Source: Patescibacteria group bacterium (lineage in GTDB: Bacteria > Patescibacteriota > Microgenomatia > UBA1406 > GWC2-37-13). From it: a stretch of DNA of 64,000 nucleotides. The translations under genes and the position numbers were made by a program. Under the pieces are notes generated by a model. That model did not search any database. It was not told the DNA's origin and was given only the letters and a program-made list of their open reading frames with translations. Below, in pieces: positions 1 to 9,333 of the stretch (within the stretch, counting starts at the first letter, position 1; each line of letters starts with the position of its first letter). The stretch is from assembly GCA_026415975.1 (NCBI GenBank), contig JAOAFZ010000002.1, forward strand, positions 49,390 to 113,389, read 5' to 3'.

Positions 1-141
1 TTCTGGCTGTTGCATATCACCGGATTCGGCACGGGGCCGGGATACAGATTTCTCTGCTGCAACCGCTGAAACAACCACGAGTGCCAAGAGCAGCGGGAGA
101 ATAAACAGAAATACTTTGCGTAGTTTTGAACTAAGTACCAC
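1..141 (-). CDS. 5' end of a secreted or membrane protein gene (partial, runs off the window)
   Basis: My own translation from GTG at 141 gives VVLSSKLRKVFLFILPLLLALVVVSAVAAEKS..., a basic n-region followed by a hydrophobic core as in a signal peptide. A TATACT box (148-153) sits 6 nt upstream. It is absent from the ORF track because it is truncated. Confidence 0.35.
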   Translation of the reverse strand, partial: MVLSSKLRKVFLFILPLLLALVVVSAVAAEKSVSRPRAESGDMQQPE

Positions 142-206
142 TCGTTCAGTATATCAAGTTGAAAAGCCGTTCGAATAGCCCTGATTAACGTATATAATAA
201 GCTCAC

Positions 207-1460
207 ATGAGGCTAAAGTTGAAATCCCTTATCTGCTCCAGTATTCAGGCTGGTATCGGTTCCAAGAGATGGTACACTATTCGCAAAAAAGTAAAAACAT
301 GGCAGTTAGCACGTCAGATATCACTGGCGTACCGTTTTGTCGAACCAAGCGAAATCCGGGATCAGGTTTCGATAATAATTCCCACGTACCAGGGCGCGAA
401 GGAACTTCCGAGATGTATACGCTCTCTCAAGGTGCAGAAAGGAGTTCCCAAGCTTGAAATAATGGTCTACGATTCTGGATCAACCGATGGCACGGTGGAG
501 CTAGCCAGTAAAATGGGGGCGCGGGTGCTTCCTCCGGAAGGAAAACCATTCAATCACGGAAGGTCCCGTACTTATGCTGCTTCTTTTTCTCGGGGGAAGT
601 ATCTAGTATTTCTGGTACAGGATGCGTACTTGAAAACAGAAGAGACTCTCATGCAGCTCTTAACGCCGCTTGCAACCGGAGGCGAGTCTGTTGCCGCAGT
701 TACGGGGCGACAAGTTCCGGCTCCGGACGCAGACATATTTGCACAGTGGCAGGTAACTGGAACATACCGGTCTCTCTTTCTTGACGACGAAACGGTTTTC
801 CACCGGCTCCCGGATGGTACCGAATATGCTGCATGTTCGCTACTCGCACGACGGAGATTGAGCTTTCTGGATAACGTATTTTGCGCCATCCGCAAAGAGG
901 TTTTTTCGGAGTGTGGAGGCTTTCCAGAAATCACAATTTCTGAAGATACCTGGTTTGCAACTGTTCTTGCAAAAAAAGGTTACCAGATTGGATACTGCGG
1001 AACTGCTGAAGTAGTTCATTCACACACCCGTTCTGCCGCGTATTTCTTACGGCGCTACTATGTGGGATACAAAACACAGTTAGAGCTGTATGGGGAGAAA
1101 TCACACTCCGTGTTTCACTCGCTCAATGAATTACTATTCACTTATATTCAATTCATAAAAGCCAACTCAGACTTCTTTTCGAACACATCTAAAGCTACCG
1201 CACCATTGCAGGAACTTCTTAGGGAGCCGGAAGAGCAAGAGCAATGCTACGAAGGGTATGATTTTCTTCAAACGCAGTTTGAAATGACTCTGCAGGACAT
1301 AGAAAGTACGAATCTTCTCGAGGGTATAGAAAAAAAAGATCTTCAATCATTGTATACAAAAATTCTGTTCTCTCTTGCCGGAAAGCACATTGCGGAGTTA
1401 GGAAATGCAAATCCCGAAGCGGTTCGCGGGCTACCTAATCATTTTATTACCGGAATATGA
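207..1460 (+). CDS. family 2 glycosyltransferase
   Basis: N-terminal GT-A signature VSIIIPTYQGAKELPRCIRSL...VYDSGSTDGT. A TATAAT box lies at 193-198. Confidence 0.85.
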   Translation: MRLKLKSLICSSIQAGIGSKRWYTIRKKVKTWQLARQISLAYRFVEPSEIRDQVSIIIPTYQGAKELPRCIRSLKVQKGVPKLEIMVYDSGSTDGTVELASKMGARVLPPEGKPFNHGRSRTYAASFSRGKYLVFLVQDAYLKTEETLMQLLTPLATGGESVAAVTGRQVPAPDADIFAQWQVTGTYRSLFLDDETVFHRLPDGTEYAACSLLARRRLSFLDNVFCAIRKEVFSECGGFPEITISEDTWFATVLAKKGYQIGYCGTAEVVHSHTRSAAYFLRRYYVGYKTQLELYGEKSHSVFHSLNELLFTYIQFIKANSDFFSNTSKATAPLQELLREPEEQEQCYEGYDFLQTQFEMTLQDIESTNLLEGIEKKDLQSLYTKILFSLAGKHIAELGNANPEAVRGLPNHFITGI

Positions 1461-3046
1461 CACAAAAATGCGCAACCGAGAACCAGCTTCTTAAAAAACA
1501 GCTGAATACTGATATTATGTTACTGAGGAAGCAGCTTGATCCATTAATCCATTCAAGATTTTACCGTATCTGGAGGGTCTTCACAGGTATCCCAGTTCTG
1601 GGACCGCCACACATTCCGAAATTAAAGGCTCTACCTGCAAACTGCCAAGAACTTGCCGGGTATCGGGATGCTCTCCTCCGTGCGCTCGGCGCGGTGAAGC
1701 GTTCACCAGTATTTCGTCTTCGTATGTTCTTTCACAACATACGGCACCGTGCAGATCGAGTAACGAATTCCATGTTGTACGAACAGTACCGTAAGGCGTG
1801 GAATACTCTCACCCGCCAAAAAATAGAAGAAACTGTTCAAAAACAGATTCAGAAAAGAAGAGAACAATTCGGAGCACCGGTAAGACGTGTGTCGGGAAAA
1901 ACCCCGTTTTTTTCGATCTTGATTCTTCACCACTGCAACCCGAAGATGACACTACGGTGCATCGATTCGATTCAGAAAAACAGCGGGTCTGTTCCATACG
2001 AGATTCTTATATTGAATAACGGATCAACGCAACCAATTTTACACTCAGCACTCTGCAAAGGTCGCAAAAGAATTTCTAGTAACGTGCGTGTTTTGGAATC
2101 ACGAGTAAACCTGTCGTTTTCTGCAGGGAATAATTACTTATCTCGGCAGGCACACGGCTCACACCTTGTTTTTCTTAACAACGACATAGAGGTACTTCCC
2201 GGCTGGTTAGAGGCTTTTGCTACCGGAACTAATGACTACCCCAACTCGATTCTCGGCGCGAAACTCATATATCCGGAATACCCGCGTTCGAACGTATCCC
2301 AAGAAATCACGTTTCCGGCCCTCAGTGTACAACATGAGGGGATCACCTTCGTTCAGCGGAATACGGTGATCGGCACGAATGCATATCTTCCCGAAAACCG
2401 CAGAAAAGGAGATCACCCATTTTCACCTGTTGCAGATACCACTACTCCGATTGCAGCAGTATCGGCTGCCTGTATGTGCATATCAAAAACTGCATTTACC
2501 ACTTTAGGCAACTTCGATGAGGGTTATCTGTATGGCTATGAAGATGTGGACTTGTGCCTGACTGCATGGGAAAACGGTATGCGCGTTTTCTATATCCCAC
2601 ACTGTGTGGCATTTCATTATGAATTCGGAACGCAGGATACGATAGCGGATCCCGATCGAAAGGACTCCATGAGAAGGCAGAATGAAGTGTTGTTCCTGGA
2701 AAAATGGAACGAAAAGGTAGCGGTAACCGTTCTGCTTGATCGGATGCAAGGAAACGCAATTTGGAGCGACGAGCCATTGAGAATCGGTATTGCCGGTACC
2801 GGAGATAGCGATACTCTCGAAGCAATTCGTGAATATATTACTGCCGGCAAACCAGGTGTTTTTCAGCTACCTGTTGATAATGCTTGCGAAATTGTACTCA
2901 CGCACCCCAAAGACAACACTGATTACCGCACCGTGTCATCCTGTGTGCGGACATGGAAGCGCGACACTAAGTTGTTATCAGTTATACAAGCCATAAAGGA
3001 TGAAATCTCAACTACTCATAACCATCTGTTGCCCCGACCGCTCTGA
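1457..3046 (+). CDS. family 2 glycosyltransferase with an N-terminal extension of about 150 aa
   Basis: FSILILHHCNPKMTLRCIDSI...LNNGST followed by the YGYEDVDLCL motif typical of GT2. The start overlaps the upstream stop (ATGA). Confidence 0.8.
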   Translation: MTQKCATENQLLKKQLNTDIMLLRKQLDPLIHSRFYRIWRVFTGIPVLGPPHIPKLKALPANCQELAGYRDALLRALGAVKRSPVFRLRMFFHNIRHRADRVTNSMLYEQYRKAWNTLTRQKIEETVQKQIQKRREQFGAPVRRVSGKTPFFSILILHHCNPKMTLRCIDSIQKNSGSVPYEILILNNGSTQPILHSALCKGRKRISSNVRVLESRVNLSFSAGNNYLSRQAHGSHLVFLNNDIEVLPGWLEAFATGTNDYPNSILGAKLIYPEYPRSNVSQEITFPALSVQHEGITFVQRNTVIGTNAYLPENRRKGDHPFSPVADTTTPIAAVSAACMCISKTAFTTLGNFDEGYLYGYEDVDLCLTAWENGMRVFYIPHCVAFHYEFGTQDTIADPDRKDSMRRQNEVLFLEKWNEKVAVTVLLDRMQGNAIWSDEPLRIGIAGTGDSDTLEAIREYITAGKPGVFQLPVDNACEIVLTHPKDNTDYRTVSSCVRTWKRDTKLLSVIQAIKDEISTTHNHLLPRPL

Positions 3047-3887
3047 GGCAGAGCTCTGGGGCGATTATCACTTCGCCCGTGCGCTGGGAGAAGCCTTTGC
3101 AGAACATTCCTTTGAATACCACATTGCTTTTTTATACGAATGGGAGACGGAGCCTGATACTTATACCCTTCATATTCATATTCGCGGTCAGCAACGTTAC
3201 ACAGGTTCAAGAAAGGCAAAACAGAACCTACTCTGGCACATCAGCCATCCGGAAACAGTTTCGACAGATGAATACTTATCGTTTGATTTCGTAGGTGTTG
3301 CATCTTCACACTTCGCTGAGAAAATGAAGAGGCTGGTATCGACATACATATTCCCGCTTCTGCAGGCAACATCTTTTGCACCAGCACAGAAAACAACTTC
3401 ACATAAAGAATCTTCGTTATTGTTCGTTGGGAATACCCGGGGCGAGTACCGGGAAGTCGTACGGTACGCTATGGAGGCTGGGATTCCCCTGCGTGTCTAC
3501 GGTAGCGGTTGGTCTGAGTACATTGATAGCGCGAAAATTATTGCGAACCGAGTAGAAAACTCTAGGCTGCCGCTCCTTTATGCGACTGCACCAGTTGTAC
3601 TCAACGATCACCTCGCGGGAATGAAGCAGTATGGGTTTCTCTCAAACCGGATCTTTGATGTCCTGGCCGCAGGCGGGCTAGTGTACACCGATTACGTCCG
3701 TGGATTGCAGGAGGTATTTCAAGGTTTTATACCATTTTATACCGGAAGGTACGACTTTACGTACGAGTTACGAAAAATTCTCGATGACCCGGACAAATAC
3801 GAAGACCGCAGACGCCAAGCACATCAGCTAGTACAGGAAGCCCACACCTTCGCCAACCGGGTAAGGCAAATAATGAGTGTACTATAA
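3000..3887 (+). CDS. CgeB-like / GT1-type glycosyltransferase domain protein
   Basis: C-terminal LLFVGNTRG...GIPLRVYGSGW...NRIFDVLAAGGLVYTD resembles the CgeB/DUF3880-type GT-B half. It overlaps the upstream gene by 47 nt. Confidence 0.5.
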   Translation: MKSQLLITICCPDRSEAELWGDYHFARALGEAFAEHSFEYHIAFLYEWETEPDTYTLHIHIRGQQRYTGSRKAKQNLLWHISHPETVSTDEYLSFDFVGVASSHFAEKMKRLVSTYIFPLLQATSFAPAQKTTSHKESSLLFVGNTRGEYREVVRYAMEAGIPLRVYGSGWSEYIDSAKIIANRVENSRLPLLYATAPVVLNDHLAGMKQYGFLSNRIFDVLAAGGLVYTDYVRGLQEVFQGFIPFYTGRYDFTYELRKILDDPDKYEDRRRQAHQLVQEAHTFANRVRQIMSVL

Positions 3888-3888
3888 T
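3883..3888 (+). promoter_or_regulatory. -10 box (TATAAT) 7 nt upstream of ATG 3896
   Basis: Consensus hexamer read directly. The gap is too short for an SD sequence. Confidence 0.5.
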
Positions 3889-3895
3889 TATCCCA

Positions 3896-4774
3896 ATGAA
3901 AAGCGTAGCTATTATCATGCGAACAAAAGACAGGCCTGCCTTGTTGCGGCGAGCACTCTTGAGTGTGGCCGCTCAAACATTCACCGACTGGCATCTTGTG
4001 ATTGTGAACCATAATGCACCGCGGGAACCGGTCGAAAAACTGGTATCGGAGACTGCTCATATCGCAGGGAAAGTTACGCTGGTAGAACATTGTAAACCTA
4101 GTAGAGAAGCGGGCTATCAAATCGGAATCAACGCAAGCGAAAGCACTTATATCTGTATGCACGACGATGACGATACCTGGGAGCCGGATTTTCTTGAAAA
4201 AACAGTTGCGTACCTTCGCAATAGCTCCCCAGAGGTGTATGGTGTGGTGACAAAGGTGATGTGTGTTCATGAAACCATGAAAAAGGGCACCCCTATTGAA
4301 CTATCCCGTACGCCATTTTTTCCTGAATATGCTTCCATCTCGATTGAACAGCTGGCAGCATATAATGTTTTTCCGCCGATAGCATTTTTATTCCGCAGAG
4401 ATGCCTTGAGTAAAGTCGGGCCGTACCGAGCCGATATTCCAGTACTGGCGGACTGGGACTTCCACCTTCGTTTTGCACTCGAGTACGACATTGACGTGAT
4501 TCCTGAGTTTCTGGCAAATTACCACATCCGGCCTGAATCAAGCCACTTGGAATACGCCAACACCATAACCCGTGAAAAACACTTGCATACCTACTACAAG
4601 AACATGCTACTACAAGAGGCAATAAGGGAAGATTACCATTCGGGAAAAATTGGAAAAGGAATATTGATGTTACTAGCCGCTCAGACACACACCTTAGACG
4701 TAAGGAGTACTCAAATTCTTCAGCACCGAAATAGAATTGAACGCATATTGCACTCACTCTTCGGAAAACGGTAG
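3896..4774 (+). CDS. family 2 glycosyltransferase
   Basis: VAIIMRTKDRPALLRRALLSVAAQTF, and MHDDDD as a DXD-like motif. Confidence 0.8.
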   Translation: MKSVAIIMRTKDRPALLRRALLSVAAQTFTDWHLVIVNHNAPREPVEKLVSETAHIAGKVTLVEHCKPSREAGYQIGINASESTYICMHDDDDTWEPDFLEKTVAYLRNSSPEVYGVVTKVMCVHETMKKGTPIELSRTPFFPEYASISIEQLAAYNVFPPIAFLFRRDALSKVGPYRADIPVLADWDFHLRFALEYDIDVIPEFLANYHIRPESSHLEYANTITREKHLHTYYKNMLLQEAIREDYHSGKIGKGILMLLAAQTHTLDVRSTQILQHRNRIERILHSLFGKR

Positions 4775-4852
4775 AAGATAAACTTTTAAAGACAAGTTTC
4801 TGGTTCGCAGGGAAGTTTCATAATTCCTTGGTGCCTCGGTCTTTTGGGAAGT

Positions 4853-5695
4853 TCATCCCTTCATAGGAGTCGCCTTTCTTATTCCATTCAGGTTGCGGAG
4901 TCGTTCCGCGCTGAGTGCAATGCCGTTTTTAAGAATGGAGGTCCAGGAATAATGCTTGTAAATGATACGAATCCAGTTTAGAAAATCTCTTTTCTGTTTA
5001 TATATGCCCATTTTTGAACTGGTTGCCAAATGTTGATGCACAACAGTGGCGTCTGTACAAACACGATACTGCAGCCGAGCTTTTGCAATACGAATCGAGA
5101 GGTCTATATCTTCCAAATATGAGTGAAATGATTCGTCAAAACCGCCCAGTTTCCTAAAAATATCTCTTCGAATAGCAAGACAGGCTGCGGTAATACCATA
5201 AAAAATCTCCAAACCGCTATCCCAGTTTGCGAAGGAATAATATGCTTCACATTGCGTGGGATCGGTGACAGGCTTAGCTCTTGCAATACGCTTATCCATA
5301 AGAAAGCCGCAATTTTCTACGTTGCCGGAGGCCGTTAGGATAACCGGTTGTACCGCAACTACCGACTCCGAAAGTGCAGAGTAGAGTTTTTCGAGTACGG
5401 GATAGGATAGAGTGCAGTCGTTGTTCAAAAAAACAAGTACCTCTCCTTCCGAATAGCTCGCTCCCCAATTGCATGCTCCGGAAAAACCGCTATTTCGACC
5501 GAGAGCATGTATCTCGAGATTTGTATACCTTGTTTCCAAAGACTTTAGGTACAAAACACTTCCATCCTGCGACCCGTTATCAACCACATGAATAAAGATC
5601 CGAGATGATCTAGGAATAGAACGAAGAAGATTTGGCAGGTGTTGTTGTAACAGCTCTTTCCCGTTGAAGTTCGGGATAATAATATCACAATTCAT
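4853..5695 (-). CDS. family 2 glycosyltransferase
   Basis: CDIIIPNFNGKELLQQHLPNLLRSI...VDNGSQDGS. Confidence 0.8.
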   Translation of the reverse strand: MNCDIIIPNFNGKELLQQHLPNLLRSIPRSSRIFIHVVDNGSQDGSVLYLKSLETRYTNLEIHALGRNSGFSGACNWGASYSEGEVLVFLNNDCTLSYPVLEKLYSALSESVVAVQPVILTASGNVENCGFLMDKRIARAKPVTDPTQCEAYYSFANWDSGLEIFYGITAACLAIRRDIFRKLGGFDESFHSYLEDIDLSIRIAKARLQYRVCTDATVVHQHLATSSKMGIYKQKRDFLNWIRIIYKHYSWTSILKNGIALSAERLRNLNGIRKATPMKG

Positions 5696-6633
5696 CTGGA
5701 TGATTTTCTGATCACATTTTTCCGATGTTCAATCTCTTTCCGGCTCGGGTGATGATTCACAGTGCCATATTTTTCAACTGCGAAACTTGCAAGAGCATTC
5801 CCATATGCGAGACTGTCTATGACAGATTCTCCTTGCTGCAAACCGTACAGAAATCCGGCTCTCCAGGCATCACCGGCACCCGTGGGATCAATTACTTTTT
5901 TTAGTGTATACGCAGGCACAACATACTTATTCGATTTATCACGATACAACAATCCGTGTTCTCCAAGGGTAGTAATAACTGAAACCCCTGCGTTTACCAC
6001 TTCATCCTCGGTGAGCCCAGTGCGTGATAACATAGCAGATATCTCATAGTCGTTCCCAACAAGCCATTTTGCATGGAGAGTTCCCTCCCGCAAAAGCTCC
6101 GCGGTATTCCATGACAGAGTCATACCAGGGTCGTACAGATAGGTCAGCTTGTTTTCGATGGCCTGTTTCTGAAATGAAACAAATGCATCCGGATGATTTG
6201 CAGATAGTACCAGAACAGAAGTTCCAGTACCGTTTTGTGAAATTCGAATGTGTTTTGCATGTGAGCAAGCTCCATAGTAAAAACCCCATATCTGATTATT
6301 GTCTATGTCGGTTATCACATGACCGGTAGCCGAGTACATCGTAGTATCTATGAGGACTTCTGATGTATCGACCTGATGCGATTGAAGAAAGTCAAGAATG
6401 GGCTGACCATCTTTTCCGACACTGGCTAGCAGTTTTACACCGCTACAACCCACAAGACCGAGATTATATGCAATATTCGTTGCAGTACCTCCAAATTGTC
6501 TTTCGAGTTTATCGACTACAAAAGATACATTTAGTAAATGGAGTTTATCAGGTTGCAAATGTTCCTGAAACCGTGACGGAAAATCCATGATTACATCAAA
6601 ACTCATGGAACCGGTTACCAGTATTTGTTTCAT
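5692..6633 (-). CDS. PfkB-family carbohydrate/nucleoside kinase
   Basis: GGTATNIAYNLG near the N-terminus and the DPTGAGDAWRAGFLYGL signature near the C-terminus. It overlaps the downstream GT2 by 4 nt. Confidence 0.8.
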   Translation of the reverse strand: MKQILVTGSMSFDVIMDFPSRFQEHLQPDKLHLLNVSFVVDKLERQFGGTATNIAYNLGLVGCSGVKLLASVGKDGQPILDFLQSHQVDTSEVLIDTTMYSATGHVITDIDNNQIWGFYYGACSHAKHIRISQNGTGTSVLVLSANHPDAFVSFQKQAIENKLTYLYDPGMTLSWNTAELLREGTLHAKWLVGNDYEISAMLSRTGLTEDEVVNAGVSVITTLGEHGLLYRDKSNKYVVPAYTLKKVIDPTGAGDAWRAGFLYGLQQGESVIDSLAYGNALASFAVEKYGTVNHHPSRKEIEHRKNVIRKSSR

Positions 6634-6634
6634 A

Positions 6635-7411
6635 TCAAACTACATCTGCGACTATTCCTTCCATTTTTTTGAATAATCCGTAAGAAATAAAAAACATCAC
6701 TAGCGCAATTCCGCCCCCGAGCAAGATGGCAGGAATATTGAATACATCACCCCCCAGCAAGACCTGTCGATAGGCATTGATAAATACGGACATAGGGTTT
6801 ATTTGGAAGATCCAACGGTACTGCTCGGGGAAAAAATCGACAGAATAGACGATAGGAGTCAGGTAAAACCACAGCGAGAGTATCAGCTGAAACATATACT
6901 GCACATCACGGTACAAGAGATTAAGAGCTGAAAGGACCAGTGCTAGGCCAAATGTAAATACAGTCTGAACAAGAAGGATCGGCACGAAAAGCAACATGTA
7001 CCAGGTAAACGGTATTTGATAGTAGAGCATCATGGCAATAAAGATCATGCTTGCGATTGCAAAATCAACAAGTTTGGCGATAAGTGTTGCAATCAAAAGT
7101 ATTTCACGCGGAAAGTAAATTTTCCTAATTAAAGAAGCATTATCCACTAATATATTCACCCCGCTGGAGAGCGAATTGGAGAACAACGTCCACGGAAGCA
7201 GGCCAACAAATACGAAGATCGGGAACGGAACACTCAGTTGACCCGTCCGGATAACAAACGAAAATACAAAACTCATAATAAGCATCTGGAATAATGGGTT
7301 AAGTAGTATCCAAAAAAACCCGATAAATGACTGTTTGTAGCGACCTTTAATCTCACGAAGCACGAGGTGTTTTATTAGTTCACGATACCGGTAAAGTTCA
7401 AGGAGTTTCAT
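6635..7411 (-). CDS. ABC-2 type polysaccharide/teichoic-acid export permease (Wzm/TagG-like)
   Basis: A 258-aa protein with about 6 TM segments. The N-terminus (YRELIKHLVLREIKGRYKQSFIGFFWILLNP) is typical of the ABC-2 family, and it is translationally coupled to the ATPase. Confidence 0.8.
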   Translation of the reverse strand: MKLLELYRYRELIKHLVLREIKGRYKQSFIGFFWILLNPLFQMLIMSFVFSFVIRTGQLSVPFPIFVFVGLLPWTLFSNSLSSGVNILVDNASLIRKIYFPREILLIATLIAKLVDFAIASMIFIAMMLYYQIPFTWYMLLFVPILLVQTVFTFGLALVLSALNLLYRDVQYMFQLILSLWFYLTPIVYSVDFFPEQYRWIFQINPMSVFINAYRQVLLGGDVFNIPAILLGGGIALVMFFISYGLFKKMEGIVADVV

Positions 7412-8133
7412 AAAAAGCGCTCCCTAAAAAGAGAGACTCCCTCACGTGCGTTTCCGTCAAATACTTTTAAACCATGGTCAATTATTATCGTGCGTTCACA
7501 AAAGCTCTCGACAGTACCAAGATCATGGGAGACCAAAACGATCGTTGTGCCGTTTTTTCTAAAGGACTCCATCCGTTGCATACATTTTTTCTGAAAAGAA
7601 AGATCTCCAACGGACAGCACCTCATCTACCAGTAGTATCTCTGGCTGGGTAGCAACCGCTACCGAGAACGCCAGACGTACATACATTCCTGAAGAATAGT
7701 TCTTTACGGGCATATCAATAAAATCGCGGATTTCTGCAAACGCAACTATATCATCAAACCGCTCCGTGACTTCTTGCTCGGTAAGACCGAGGATAATCCC
7801 GTTCAGATAAATATTCTCGCGGCCGGATAGTTCGGGATGAAATCCTGCACCCAGTTCTATAAGAGGGGCGAGCCTACCGTTCAACTGAACCGTTCCGGAG
7901 GAAGGCTTGCTTACCCCTGCGATTAATTTGAGAAGGGTTGACTTTCCTGCTCCGTTCTTCCCAATTATTCCGACCACCTCACCCCGCTTAATGGAGAAGG
8001 AGAGATTCTTCACTGCATGAATGGAATCGATAGTTTTTTTCTGAAGAATAAACGCCTGCAGTACTTCTTTCAGCGTTTTCTGGTGTTGCAGGTAATAATA
8101 CTTATTTACGTCTTGAAGTACGATTGCACACAT
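7408..8133 (-). CDS. ABC transporter ATP-binding protein (Wzt/TagH-like, NBD only)
   Basis: Walker A GKNGAGKST, signature YSSGMYVRLAF, Walker B ILLVDEV. At 241 aa it has no C-terminal carbohydrate-binding extension. Confidence 0.9.
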   Translation of the reverse strand: MCAIVLQDVNKYYYLQHQKTLKEVLQAFILQKKTIDSIHAVKNLSFSIKRGEVVGIIGKNGAGKSTLLKLIAGVSKPSSGTVQLNGRLAPLIELGAGFHPELSGRENIYLNGIILGLTEQEVTERFDDIVAFAEIRDFIDMPVKNYSSGMYVRLAFSVAVATQPEILLVDEVLSVGDLSFQKKCMQRMESFRKNGTTIVLVSHDLGTVESFCERTIIIDHGLKVFDGNAREGVSLFRERFL

Positions 8134-8163
8134 ACTTTCTCTATTGTACCACTCGAGCCTAGG

Positions 8164-9333
8164 CTATGCTGATGTGCCAGTAGTCTGCGCCACAATGAAG
8201 CGATATATTTTATTCATCTGCTCTTCCCATGTTCCATAATTTTTAATGGTCTCAAGTCCTCCTTGAACAATCTGATTACGAAGCTCCGGCAACACTATAA
8301 GAGAGTTTATACTCTCAAAAAGACACGTCGCCGTCGGCGGAGAAACCAAACAGTTTTTCCGGTCTTTGAAAAACCACTCGGTGCTTTCATTTTTATTGGT
8401 AACGACCGCAACACCACAAGCCATTAGCTGAAACGGTAAATAAGACGGATGTGGTGTAAACATCATTGACAAACCGATATCGCATTTTCTATACAGGTCG
8501 CCTGTCTGATGGTATTTGAGAACACCGAGGTTTTCGATTATGCCATCCAGTCCGTAATCTTCGGGTTTCCAGCTTGAACCGGCAGCCACTATCCGAACGC
8601 GGATACCATATTGTTTCTTTACTTTTCGCAATGCGGAAATTCCGAGTCCAAAAGCATTTCTGGGATGTCCGGGACGTCCGTAAAAGAAAATAGACGTATC
8701 TTCAAAACGCTCCCGAGAGGGAACCCTACCGGCATGAAATATCGCGTGATCCACGGCTGGCTGTATGGCCTCTGCAACTGCCCCATACCGTGTTCGGTAG
8801 TACTCAGCTATTGCTTCGGTGTTACATATACCGAGAAAACCAAATCGATACGTTGCTTCAACAAGTCCGGAAATAAAGCCGGCAGGATAGAAGAAATTTT
8901 CCGCATCCTGGATCATGTAGAATTTCCGGCGAACACGGTTGAATTTTAGGGAGAGGTACGCGGTAGTCCATAGGGTACAAATCGAAATATCATGTTCCGG
9001 AATAGAATCCAGACGTCTATTCTCCGGCACAAAATATATTCGGGAATCAGAGAGTGAAGGAAATGCCTCAGTAATTTTAGCCAGGAGAAAATTGTCCTTT
9101 TTCGGGTTATCTATCAGGAAAGAGCTTCTAATACCCTCTTGATGTAGTTTATCGGCAAGACGCAATATGGTGTGAATACCCCCATAAAAAGGATTATCAA
9201 TTTCGGGAAGAAACCACAGCGCAGACTGAATTCGTTTTTTTTGCGGCGCTTTTTTTTGAACTGCTTCGTTTTTTGCAATATCTGCAGGACCGAAATCGTA
9301 TAGCCATACTTGTTCAAAATCAAGGTTATGCAT
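8164..9333 (-). CDS. GT-B glycosyltransferase (WsaF-like / GT4-like)
   Basis: WFLPEIDNPFYGGIHTILRLA resembles the N-terminus of WsaF-type rhamnosyltransferases. I chose the start at internal ATG 9333 (MHNLDFEQVW), 5 nt after the upstream stop, rather than the ORF-track start at 9453. Confidence 0.6.
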   Translation of the reverse strand: MHNLDFEQVWLYDFGPADIAKNEAVQKKAPQKKRIQSALWFLPEIDNPFYGGIHTILRLADKLHQEGIRSSFLIDNPKKDNFLLAKITEAFPSLSDSRIYFVPENRRLDSIPEHDISICTLWTTAYLSLKFNRVRRKFYMIQDAENFFYPAGFISGLVEATYRFGFLGICNTEAIAEYYRTRYGAVAEAIQPAVDHAIFHAGRVPSRERFEDTSIFFYGRPGHPRNAFGLGISALRKVKKQYGIRVRIVAAGSSWKPEDYGLDGIIENLGVLKYHQTGDLYRKCDIGLSMMFTPHPSYLPFQLMACGVAVVTNKNESTEWFFKDRKNCLVSPPTATCLFESINSLIVLPELRNQIVQGGLETIKNYGTWEEQMNKIYRFIVAQTTGTSA